DNA of 64,000 bases, from assembly GCA_040954595.2 (NCBI GenBank), contig CM082591.2, positions 4,325,957 through 4,389,956 on the forward strand, given 5' to 3'. Shown here piece after piece: positions 1 through 23,600 of this stretch. The notes under the pieces are model-generated. The model was not told the origin of the DNA. It worked only from the letters and a program-made list of their open reading frames with translations, and did no database searches. The DNA comes from Balanoglossus misakiensis. Taxonomy: Eukaryota; Animalia; Hemichordata. Within the stretch, counting starts at the first letter, position 1. Every line of letters begins with the position of its first letter. The position numbers and the translations under genes are program-made.

Positions 1-26
1 ATAAATTAGTCAGTTCACCTCTGTAG

Positions 27-633
27 TCAAACCGGCAACACACTTGAACTGACGATGTCCCAGTTCTATATCAGGTTAGTTTTCTTCCTTGTACTTTACA
101 TGTAGGATGATGTTTTGTATTTTGGTGCGTTCTACTGACTTATTCCAACACAAGTACTCGGAACAGGTGTACTTTGGTGTCCATGAACTTGCGTAAATAT
201 AAGTACAGGCCTTGTTGGCTGTGTCGGTTACTTGATAATTTACGTGCACTCACGGATGACTGTGCGCGCCAAAGGAAATAAAAAAGTTACATTTGAAGTG
301 TGGATAATTGATACATTTTGTGCCAGACACGGGGCATGGACAAACAACACTTTGACCTCTGACATACTGGCAACCCCATGCGCACACAAAGACAATAACG
401 CAAAATGATTTTTTGAAAGTTTTCTTCCCCGTTTATTATTGGTGTCTCCTTATCACGACAAAATACTGTCGGATATTTTTCTTTCTAGCTATTACATCCG
501 TCGTGAGACCTATTCTGGTCCCAAACCCAAGAGGGACCAGCTCTGCCCAAGATGCCAGACTTCTGTGCGACGGTTATTTAGGTCAGGCGCGAAGAAAAGA
601 GGTCGTTGGTCTTCATGCTTCGTACGCCGATAA
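27..633 (+). CDS. Possible 3'-terminal exons of an unidentified gene beginning upstream of the window
   Basis: AG/GT-bounded segments 27-74, 106-192 and 489-633 join with matching phase-2 junctions into one open frame: QTGNTLELTMSQFYIRMMFCILVRSTDLFQHKYSEQVYFGVHELAYYIRRETYSGPKPKRDQLCPRCQTSVRRLFRSGAKKRGRWSSCFVRR*. Good pyrimidine tract before 489. Product not recognised; the first intron (75-105) is only 31 nt. Confidence 0.35.
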
Positions 634-1985
634 CCCCAAGGTCAGTCTTTCACCTTGATACGTCACGCTTTGCAAAAACCCGGTTTGAACAATGAAAGGC
701 CCAGTTCTGCGCCAAGAACAGGTAAAAAGGGTTGCTTTTTTGTATGTGGACTCCAATCATTCTCTGTGAGACAATTAGCTGTGGTAACGCTGCTGTACCG
801 TTGGGACTGACCCCCCCCCCCCCCCCCAACGGTACCACAGCTATGAGACAGTCGGCCTGTGGGGGCTTCGAGTCCCTGGGCGCGCATGCGGCTATGACTC
901 GCCCAATCCGTCGCTCACTGAGCCCTGTCTATGAAGAGTTTGAATAATCACATACCATATACATAGTATGAGCAATGCACGTGTACCTGTACAGTGGGCT
1001 TGGAGCCCGCAAGCGCCTGTGGAAACATTCCCGTATCTGTGGTGGTCAGCTCATGATCATGTGTTTGAGGTTTGGGGGCAGAGACGCTCGCTCGAGTGTA
1101 TGTCGTTAATTTCTATCTGACGAAAAACCTAGAATTCCTTCATATTGAAGGCATACACGAGGAGTCTTAGTGTTGACGAGTTATTGTCAGTATTGTACAC
1201 GACTCATTCATTCACCGCTCTTGCTCACTATACCGCAACCATACAGGCCTAAATGTTAGACACGTAGATCAGATAGTACAGTGGCCATGATTTATGACAT
1301 GGTCAGTGAGGGTCATACCCTTTGATACACCGTTTATCGTCGATGTGTTATAAATTACCATATGTCTGCCATTGTACATGCATAAGTACACAAAGCTTTT
1401 TGCACACTTCAGTCGGTCGTCGGTACTGCCACAAACAAGTTGTGTCGGGAACAGTCTGAAACGTAAGTATTCGAAGTAACATGACCGCTCGCTCAGGGCA
1501 CGGCTCAGGGTGACTATTTGAGTGGGTTACCGAGGTATGCCACATCCTCGCCAGCCAGGGTCTTTGCCCTCCGAAAATTTAGTTCGTGGGGGAGACTTGT
1601 GTGGAGCCAACGACCCGTGCGAGCGGACGACGGGTGCAGCAGAACGTATGCAAATTAGGCGAGGTTCATCTCTTATGGCAGTCTTTCATTTCTACACATT
1701 TGGTTAGGGTCAAGGGGTAGGGAAGACCTACAGTGAAGGTTGCTGGAATCCGGGTGGAGATTTAGCAATATCGCCAGCCATTTTGCTGGGTATTTTGATA
1801 ATTCAATCAGCATGCACTCAGCTGGGCATTTGCGTGCATTGGATAAATTTAGGTCGCCACTCTTATCAGATCACAGGGATATATTCAGGGAACGATACCC
1901 CCACCTACGCATTTATGCGTTCAATACTTCTTGAATTGCAGAAATTTGACCGTTTCTGAAAGGTTAAAGGTACTGTGAACCAAAT

Positions 1986-2795
1986 ATGGCGTCAGGAAAA
2001 CCTAGCGAGTCAAGCACTACGGCCGCAGAGGGCGTCCAACTCACTAAGGGTGAAGACGTGGACATCAGTTCTGAACTCAAAGGTTATCTGACTCGTCCGC
2101 AGGGTAATCCGAAGGGAGGTCTGATATTCATGTCCGATATGTCCGGATACAGTACCTCTGTTAGCCGAATTTTGGCCGACAACATAGCCGAGAACGGCTA
2201 CACCGTTCTCGTACCCGACTTCTACCGGAATAAGCCGTGGGACCGCACGCGTAGTCCGCGGGACCTGAGCAAGCCCAGTATGTTCTCCGATGCCTTCGAG
2301 GGTTAGGGCGCTCAAGACCGTGTCGACGCAGATTTGGACGCCTCGCTGGAGTATCTAAAGAAACGCTTGAATGTCCCCTCGGTGGGGGTGATCGGCTTCT
2401 GTTGGGGAGGGTACCAAATCATGTTGGCCAGTCGCAAATCCGCTGACAGGTTCAAAGCCGCCGTGGGCTTCTATGCGGTGAAGTTCGCTCCCAACATGGC
2501 GGAAGTCGCCCTCGCGATGAAAACACCCACCCTGCTACATTTCGGCGAAGTCGACAAAGTGATGCCGCTGGACACGATAGCTGAGATGGAAAAGGCCCTG
2601 ACACAAGCCAACCGTCTTGTCTCCAGCGTCAAAGATGATCCTTCCAAACTGGGCGGTGCACCTGTGAGGATTAAAGTCTTCAAAGGCATGGACCACGCCT
2701 TCGCTCATCGGGGAGACACATCAAACCCGGCCATAATGGCGGCAGCCAAGGAAGCATTTGACGACATGTATGAATGGCTTGAAAAATACATGTAA
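1986..2795 (+). pseudogene. CMBL: Carboxymethylenebutenolidase (dienelactone hydrolase family) homolog, intronless, with one in-frame TAG at 2304-2306 (null allele, young pseudogene or recoded stop)
   Basis: ORFs 1986-2306 and 2334-2795 share a frame (offset 348 nt) and are separated only by TAG. DLH motifs: GYTVLVPDFY, nucleophile GFCWGG, FGEVDKVM (Asp), GMDHAFAHR (His). 269 codons in total. Confidence 0.85.
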
Positions 2796-2974
2796 AATTA
2801 TTACGGTAAACACCACATCATTGTAATTCACAAAAAGCATATTTAGCCATTTATTACAACTATTCATGTATAATTGAATTTTTGCTTTCAAGACTCTTAT
2901 TAAGTCAGAGCGTGTCTTTCTGGTGGCGGGCTTTCCTTCGTCGGTTATTGTGCGCCAATTACTTTTGGCCATGA

Positions 2975-2980
2975 AATAAA
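2975..2980 (+). terminator. Candidate polyadenylation signal AATAAA of the CMBL-like gene
   Basis: First AATAAA downstream of the TAA at 2795. Confidence 0.45.
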
Positions 2981-3271
2981 ACTTCTTCTTTTAACTTGGG
3001 TATGTACGAAAATCACAACAACAATTGTAGATTATTTTTCCTGGCGATCAATTATATAGGTGTAATCCTATGGGAAGACACCAGTTTCAGTGTCAAGGCT
3101 TTTAGCCATCACAGACACGGAGATAAAAATCCTGTTGTCTGTGGAACTGAAATAACCTTCCACGTTCATCGACGGACGACCACTTCATTTATCAAACAGC
3201 GAGCTATTCTAGAAAAAAATACAAATTCAAGTTCCACGTGTGAAAATAGTCAATTAGCAGACGGCCAAGTT

Positions 3272-15710
<12,439 letters not shown>

Positions 15711-17514
15711 GGCGGTCTATCAGCGTTTCGTGGATCATCGACCGGGCAGTACATACAGACGACAAGACCAAGTGTTCTTCGCCGTTGCCTGTCTTCAAGT
15801 GAAGGAGACGTTGTCGATGTCTTGAGAGATATCGAAAAGACTGAGTCATGTTCTCGCAAGCGACCTTTGCACCGTTCTTATGTATTGCCAAGTGTAATGC
15901 ACTTGATAAAGATCCTAGCCAACCAATAGGCCTACCCGATCATTATTGCACAATATGAAATAATGCAAATACAAGGACCAGGCGGTTTAGTCAGTGAGTC
16001 ATGCCTACCCAAAATGATAGCAGCGACTTGAGATCTATAAAATAAAAGTGTTTGTAGGCCTATTTCGACTCTGATATTCTTCGCCTTTACGGTGCAACTG
16101 CCCAACATCTGCTAAGATAAGTTAAAATGTCGTACACATAGTTTTTCTGTGATATGTTTTATTGATTTTAGACTACCCACATACACACTGAAGCACACGA
16201 TAACTGACAAATTACAAACTATATAAAATTGACACAGATGTAGAAATCGGGGGTTGTAATGAGTGCTGTCTCAAGGCCGTCCACAGATCTGTGTGAAGGG
16301 ACTGCGTACATGTATTGGCGCAAACGGAAATGAATTTCATATAATTCTGAGGAACAAATTCCACCAGAGAAAAATATATTTCTATTTGCAAGGACTTTGT
16401 AACGAACGGCCTTCGCGTGTTTGCTCCGGTCTACTCTCGTGGTTACATAACGAGTATGTTATCGAGACACAGCGAGATTTCACGTGGCTAGGCAATTTAC
16501 ATGCACGGTATATAGGAGGACATTCTAATGACACAGGACAAAACAACACCTGGCCAATCGTGTTGAATGAAACAAAAATTACAATATTGCTTAAACTCTG
16601 CGCCTATTCTAGTTTCATACAAAGCTTGATTGTAAAACATGTACATGGCTTACACACTGGTCTCGATTAGTTGATCGAATTGCTAGCTAAGCTATATGAG
16701 TAATAATATTAAACACACTGTAACTTATCTGATAAAAAGTACAAAAACTATTGAATAAATTTACATTGTACATTCTTACTTATATGTAAGAAACTTCTCA
16801 AACTCGTCCAGGGGACATTTTATATGAATATGTATGTAAAATCTTGGTACAATGTATTACGTATACAGAAATCATATGACATGCGAACAATCCACACTGA
16901 AATATTACATTCCACATCAAAACTGTTATAAACGCAGATTTCTCAATACTGAATTCTCGCCTACCATCTTGTAGTTAAGTACTGAAGCAACAATGATAAT
17001 GTAATAAACATTAATTAGCCTGATAAAATGTTCAGAAACTATGCATGGCTAATGTGATAAACATCTTGAAATGTTCCAGAACGTATTTTACAAATAAGTC
17101 CGTAAAAAATCTTGGTATTACAGAAAATGGAAAATTTGTGACGTCACAGACTGTGTTGAAATATTACATGCCATCTCAAGAAATCAAAGTTCTGATCTCT
17201 CGGTGATCAACGCTGATTTGTGCATACGCGTTTCATCCACTTCCAATTTGAATTGAAAGTTGACACATTTATAAAGCAATTACCGTCTACATTGCCTTAA
17301 AAGGTCAAGCACCATAATTGAAAATATTCTCTATTGTCCCCAGTTTGATTTTGTTCAGTATATGTATTTTAAGTTTAAGATGACACATTTCCATAATATA
17401 TTGATGAATTGCAAAATTTGTTGTCGCTTTTATAAACTCGTTTCTCACTTCTGTGATGGATACAATTCAATTTCTTTAAACCATTTGGGTTTCCTTCCAC
17501 ACTGCACTTTCACT

Positions 17515-19737
17515 TCACTGTGCAAACACCTGCACATATCCATTACCACTAACCACGATAACTTTGCCATATGGCTTGTCATCGGTCACACAGACACCAA
17601 TTGGACATCCTGCCCTGTTATCATCACTGTCAATGCGACCAATGAATTGACCATTTGACTTATACTTCATCACTCTGTTGTTACTGTAATCACACACATA
17701 CACATTGCCTTCACTGTCAAGTGATATCCCAAAGGGGCTATTCATCTGATTATCACCTGACCCTTTACTTCCAAAGCTGTACAAATATTCCCCCTCAGCA
17801 TCAAACACTTGAATACGGTGATTGCAATTACCTGCTACAAAGACTTTCCCCGCAGAATCAATGATAACACCTATAGGACCATTAAGCTGACCTTCACGGG
17901 CACCTTTAGACCCAAATGACTTGTAAAGTTGCCCATCTTGGTTGTAAATGTGGATGCAATCACCGGTGTAATCAGCAACATAAATTCTCCCATTGACAGG
18001 ATGTATCGCAATGCCGTATGGGCCTTTAATCACACCTTTGCCAAAACATCGTATAACTCTACCATTCTCATCATGCACGATTACTTGTTTACCACTGAAA
18101 TCAGTAGTAAAGATACTTCCATCCTCTGACACCGCTGAATAATGCGGAGAAACTGCGGTTGAAATATTACTGAAAGTGGTTATACTTCTATGTTGGCCAT
18201 GTTGTGTGAATGTCTGTAATCTATTATTACCATACTCACTGACCCTAACATTGCCATCCCTGGTTACCATGACTCCATGTGGAGAACTCAACTGCCCCAC
18301 TCCCGACCCTGTCTGACCAAATTTACAAATCAAACCTTTCTGTGGAATAACATTGATTGTAACTGGTGACCCTTTGACTGGTTTCTTGGATACCGACACT
18401 GAGACTTCATGATTTCCCGTCATCTTGGGACGAGTTTTCAAGCTCCACGTTCCGTCACCATTATTTGTTGTTTCCATCTCTTCTTGGTTGTCATCTGGTT
18501 TCTTCAAGACTGCCTCTACTTCTACTTCTTCGTACGCTATTTTTCTCTGCTTGGCCTCTGTTGCTAGGGTGATGGTGATATCTTCATCAACCCTTGCAAA
18601 TTCAGGAACATCAACCAGAGCGCAGTTATCAGCTGTGACTGGGGACGTACATATCACACCCACAGTTTTTGTTCCACAGAAATCATCACATGGTTTGAAC
18701 TCCATGTAGTCAGTCTCGGTCGGGTGAATTTTCGTCTCCATTCTCAGCAATTCTTCCATTTGAGAGGCAATCCCTTTCTTGGCTGACATCAACTGCGTGG
18801 CATTCCCGTAATGCACCAGCTTCTCAGCATACTCTCTCGCATTTGACATGTCACTCTCTGCAAACTCCAGTTCTTTCAGTTGTGCATTTAAGTTGACTTT
18901 CCTTCTATCATATTCATCTTTGAGCTCGCCGAGAAGTTTGTCACCATTTTCGCGTATCATACGAGTGACGTCATCGACTGTTTTCTGGATGTGTTCTTTC
19001 ATTTTCTTGTCCTCTGTCTGATAACAGCTGTCGAGAGACTCGGCCGTTTCCGTGACTACGGCTTTGCTGTGGCTGGCTTCATCTTCTTTCACTTTCACTT
19101 TGTCGATTACTTCTGTCAGATCTTTGCTGTATTCGGCGGCTGCGTCTTTCAAGTATCTGTATTTATGCTCGGGTCTCGGATGGTCCAAAGCTGTGCACTC
19201 ATGGCAGATTGCTACGTCACACGAGTCACAGTAGAATTTGACTTCGTTGTTAGGGTGATTGGTACAGTAGACCGGTGGCTGTACCGAAGCCAGGTCATCG
19301 GACTTTGCAGACTGGTACTCTTTTATGGTCATCAACCTGTGCGATTTTGTGAACCGAAATTTAGCGTGTGAACGGGCGCAGATACCACACATGTCAACAT
19401 CACACTCCACACAGTGGTTAACGCACTCTCCTTCACCACAGCCTTCGCACTTTCTAGATGACGAACCCTCCTCTCGTTTTCTGAACTGTTGAACCAATTC
19501 GTTCATGAACTGATTACCACCAATACCTGCCACGCCACTATCAGGAAGTTGGTATGAACGCCGACATATTGGACAGATAACAACGCCACTTTTCTCGGCC
19601 AGCTTCCCCAGACACGGCTCACAGAAACTGTGTAGACATGGTAGCAGTTTAGGGTTCTTGTATCGCTCCGAGCAGATAGTACAGGAGAGGAAATTGTCGT
19701 CGATTTCCGCCGAAAATTTGGACTCTTTCGCTGCCAT
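17515..19737 (-). CDS. TRIM-NHL E3 ubiquitin ligase (RING, two B-boxes, coiled coil, filamin, NHL repeats); TRIM2/3/71-like architecture, single coding exon, 740 aa
   Basis: RING CTIC..LPCLHSFCEPC..CPIC; B-box1 CEGC..HCVECDVDMCGIC..H; B-box2 CTNH..YCDSCDVAICHEC..H; filamin NNGDGTW..GNHEVSVSV..VKGSP; NHL repeats such as FGSKGAREGQLNGPIGV and NHRIQVFD. Confidence 0.95.
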   Translation of the reverse strand: MAAKESKFSAEIDDNFLSCTICSERYKNPKLLPCLHSFCEPCLGKLAEKSGVVICPICRRSYQLPDSGVAGIGGNQFMNELVQQFRKREEGSSSRKCEGCGEGECVNHCVECDVDMCGICARSHAKFRFTKSHRLMTIKEYQSAKSDDLASVQPPVYCTNHPNNEVKFYCDSCDVAICHECTALDHPRPEHKYRYLKDAAAEYSKDLTEVIDKVKVKEDEASHSKAVVTETAESLDSCYQTEDKKMKEHIQKTVDDVTRMIRENGDKLLGELKDEYDRRKVNLNAQLKELEFAESDMSNAREYAEKLVHYGNATQLMSAKKGIASQMEELLRMETKIHPTETDYMEFKPCDDFCGTKTVGVICTSPVTADNCALVDVPEFARVDEDITITLATEAKQRKIAYEEVEVEAVLKKPDDNQEEMETTNNGDGTWSLKTRPKMTGNHEVSVSVSKKPVKGSPVTINVIPQKGLICKFGQTGSGVGQLSSPHGVMVTRDGNVRVSEYGNNRLQTFTQHGQHRSITTFSNISTAVSPHYSAVSEDGSIFTTDFSGKQVIVHDENGRVIRCFGKGVIKGPYGIAIHPVNGRIYVADYTGDCIHIYNQDGQLYKSFGSKGAREGQLNGPIGVIIDSAGKVFVAGNCNHRIQVFDAEGEYLYSFGSKGSGDNQMNSPFGISLDSEGNVYVCDYSNNRVMKYKSNGQFIGRIDSDDNRAGCPIGVCVTDDKPYGKVIVVSGNGYVQVFAQ

Positions 19738-20603
19738 TGCTAAACTGCGGTGTGCTGAACAAACTGCCTCTGTGTACGAACACTAGAAATCATGTGACGT
19801 GACAAATTCCACGAAGTGTATATTGTATAGGCGTGTCTCTTCGCCGAAAATGTCAAATTCCAAAGGTCTATCGTACACGGACTCGGACAGTCTGTGTGCG
19901 TGGTCTGAATGAAAAATAAATAGGGATAATTATAACCCCAGCAGAAGGGATGGGAGCACTGAAAAAAATGAGGGTATTTGCTACCTGGATTGACCCCTTT
20001 TTCTCACAGAAGTCCCTAAAAGTAGGATTGGGGAAAACCATACTTATTTTTGTACATAAATTTCATTGATATAGGCCTACTGGCAATGAACAAAGTGAAA
20101 ATTAGTGAAATGACTTAGTAATATATATTTTTTTATTTTGACTTCAGCAGAATAATTTTTCATACAAGTATTTTAAAAGCATACCAACTTTGAATGTGTC
20201 CGTAGGGGGCGCTCAACCAAGAAGACCCAAGGAAAAGGACATGGCCTTGATATGCAAATGAGGATACCGGAAGTGATCTCCCAGTAAACATTCATAAACA
20301 AATGAAAGTGACTGTCTTGTCGATAGCGACTGGACTGGTCTGTCGGTCGATACTACGTGTGTGGTGTTCATCGTACATGCATTTTGAGGGATAACAGGAA
20401 AAACCTCGGTAACTCAGCAAAAATATACGGGTACCAGTATTGTTTCTAGACCAACAGTGCAATTCTAGCGGCTTTCTATGAACTCGGACAGTTTGCACAG
20501 TCACTGTCCCAAAAAAAAAAAATCTCACTCCAGTGGACTTGTGGAAAATATTTCAAGGGACGTTAATCCGTGTATCGAGGAATTTGATAAGTTCCGCGTC
20601 AAG
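19738..20603. promoter_or_regulatory. Candidate bidirectional promoter between head-to-head TRIM (-) and OSBPL8 (+)
   Basis: Divergent ATGs about 870 bp apart; octamer ATGCAAAT 20252-20259 next to ETS core ACCGGAAGTG 20266-20275; YY1-like CCGCCATCTT at 20741-20750 in intron 1. TSSs unknown. Confidence 0.45.
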
Positions 20604-23600
20604 ATGGAAATAGACGACAGACACGATAGGGAAGTCGAGGAAATTGTGGTAAGATATTGTTTGTTTTGCTCAATTTTGTTGACAAATTGGTTAATTTTTA
20701 CCCAATTTGTTTCAAGTTTCTCGACGTCAGCTTGCATTGACCGCCATCTTGGAAAGGACTGCTAAATCTTGATAGACCGGTGGACGTGAACTGCCCGCCC
20801 GGCTTTTTGCAGCAGATTCACGTCCGATAGCTCAACTTGAAACGGCGAGAAACGAGTCTTTTCCCTAACAACCGAGGTGGCGCGTCGCGGCGTAGGCATG
20901 GCAACCGCTGTCAACGGAAAACCATCCGTCATTGTCAAGTTGAAAGGGTCTATGGCGCGGACTCCGCCGATTTCAACCCGGGGCGCTGTACACACGCACC
21001 GAGGTAGGAAATAAACATAAATCGACTTGTATTTTAACGGAATTCAAGCCGGGATCTACCGCAAATGTCAACGTTACATAAATGTAGCGAGGTTTATTCA
21101 GTTTTCGCGTAAGCTGGTCTTTCTTATTTCTAGTTGTATCCTATCGTTATGACTGGATCTGGAGCTGGACGAACCTGGAATGAAAGACACTTTCAAGTTT
21201 CATTCCAGTATCGTTTGGTCCATATCTCAGTCATATCCACGTTAAGATTCCACAGCAAAAACTCGTTGAGTAGTCCATTAGCGTTGCACCGTCAGTCGTG
21301 ACAATTTTGTGGTCATTCGAGGACAGCTGCATTGTTTACAAGTTGCACACTCGATGACTCACACATTGCTTACTGGTAGCGAGGGAGTTCCCGAAAATAC
21401 TATGATTAACACACCAAGGGGCATCAACCCACACCATTCAGAAATTTCTCTCTGATGATAACATGCCTATTTTCTGTTCATCTGTCACCTGCTAGCTGTA
21501 CTTGTCATTGGTGTCTTCAGGTAAAACAAATTTTATATAATTTTTACCATTTGATAAATATCAGTAAATTGGGAAGTAGTTTCCAGAATTGATCGTTAAT
21601 ATTAACCCCAGATGACGTATTGATTTTGTGGTGGTTCAGCCAAAGCAAGATGTGAAGATTTATCTGACGGGAAATTTGGTTACATGTGAACCAGATGAAG
21701 ATTTCAATGAAGAACAAAAAAACACAAAAGCTGGAGAGACAACATTTTGTTTCAGATTGTTAAATAATTGATGTGGTTAGCTGTGATTCAGAATTAACAG
21801 GGTCCAATCAGTAACAATGGCGATAAAAGACATATAGTGTACTTGAATCAGTAACTATAGCAACAGATTGTTTACTGCCCAATAAACACCTCAGGGGTAC
21901 ACAGTAGAAAAACGTCAAATTTGTTGTCTTCTTTGTGAATTTATAATATGTTGTATAAACAGAAAATACTATGAACAAGTTAGTTTTAAAAATTATTACA
22001 GCTGGTTTGGTTTCAGTGGACTAGTAATTCCCCATTTCCTCCCATGTTATAAAGAAAATAATTTTATCATTACATATTTTTATTTGTCTAGCTGTTTCCA
22101 ACGTACATTGGGTGTGTTATTATTTGAAAATATGTTGGGTAAATATGCAGCAATTACTAGACCAGATAGAGTGCTAGAATACTATTCCCCCCCCCCCTCC
22201 CTGCCCCCCCCCCCGTGTATATAGCGCCACCTACCAGCATATTGCAAAATTCTTTTGTTTGGTCTCCATTCTCTTTGCACTAATGATCTAGAGTAATTCC
22301 ATTATCTAGGTCATCGCTTAGGGGATTAAAAATTGATGATTTTTCAGTCACTATTTTGTTACATGAACACTTGTTAACACATAGACACCATATAGAAATT
22401 AACATGAAATTTTAACATGATGAATTGTATTTGTAATATACATAATAAGTTTTCCTCTAGCCAAACATTAGGCTCGCTGAGAGATTGATTATTAAAAATT
22501 ATATTTGACCCCTGAGCTTGTAATGTAGCGAGAATTGTAACGCCAGTCGTCACTGTATACGTAGATAGTTGAAATTCAGACTCACTGCAGCTGGGACAAG
22601 ACTTTAAGAGATTGCGTTTGCACAGTGACCCCACTTTGCTTTCATGTTTGTCTGCTGTGCTTTTACTTTTACATCAAACATTTTGTTCTGTAGTAGATAT
22701 ATACATTTTCTGTTGACCTTTAATAAGTAATAGTGGCTTGAGAGAAAGAAAATGGAAAAATAACTTTTTTTTCAGATAGATAGAAAAACACCTCGAAGGA
22801 CGTGCTTAGTACGACTCATCAATCTCCAATACTCACTCCCATAATTCACATTGGCACGTTTTTCTTCAAGCGGTAATCTCGACAGAGGTGCATCATGGGT
22901 AATTGATTTTGCCTACGGTCTGTGATAAATTGTGAAGCCACCAGGATCCATATCGAAGTCTGTCTGCTTTTTTTTTGTAAAAATTTTATTACTTTAAGTC
23001 TGTTTATTTCTTGTTTTGGGGATTTAGCAAGCTCAGACACAGATGCCTTTGAGGCTTATTAATAGTTGAGAGTGTTGTGCAAAATTTATGCAATTTTCAA
23101 CGAATCTGCAAAGTTATTGGTAGTCTTCTAAAGAACACGATGCCTTGCAGTTTTCTTTGCCTGTATTTGCTCTTGGAATAATTTTTTTTTATGTCAACAT
23201 CTTTGAAAATCCCTGGGAACCACAGATTGTAAATAAAGCGATGCAGATGATGAACATATTGTTGAACAGCACACACAACTTTGTGTGTGTGCACTATACA
23301 CACGTATGTGATAATCCCTGATCACATGAAGGATTCTTACATGTGGGAGGTTGGGCAGTTTATTAAAGGGGAAGTTCAGTCTGGTATGTGCCTGTGTTTG
23401 GTTTGTAGTAGGCATTTTTTTTTTCATTATTCAAAATACAGTTAGTTGTTGAAGCCCCAGAATGCAATTCTCACCACTATTTTTGTCTGTTGTTCTAAAA
23501 ATGAACATGCAAGTCGCATATGGCGAAAATGGGTTTTCAAATTATTGCGATTCACTCACTTCTGAAAAGAGGACGAAAAAGAAAATAACTAATAATTTTC

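Noticed and set aside
2301-2333. Intron removing the CMBL-like stop codon
   Set aside because: GT..AG options around the stop give implausibly tiny introns, and the residues after the stop are needed for homology.
15842-16001. Antioxidant response elements upstream of ABCC
   Set aside because: Two TGAGTCA AP-1 cores (15842, 15995) are present but lack the correctly spaced GC of an ARE; short motifs alone are weak evidence.
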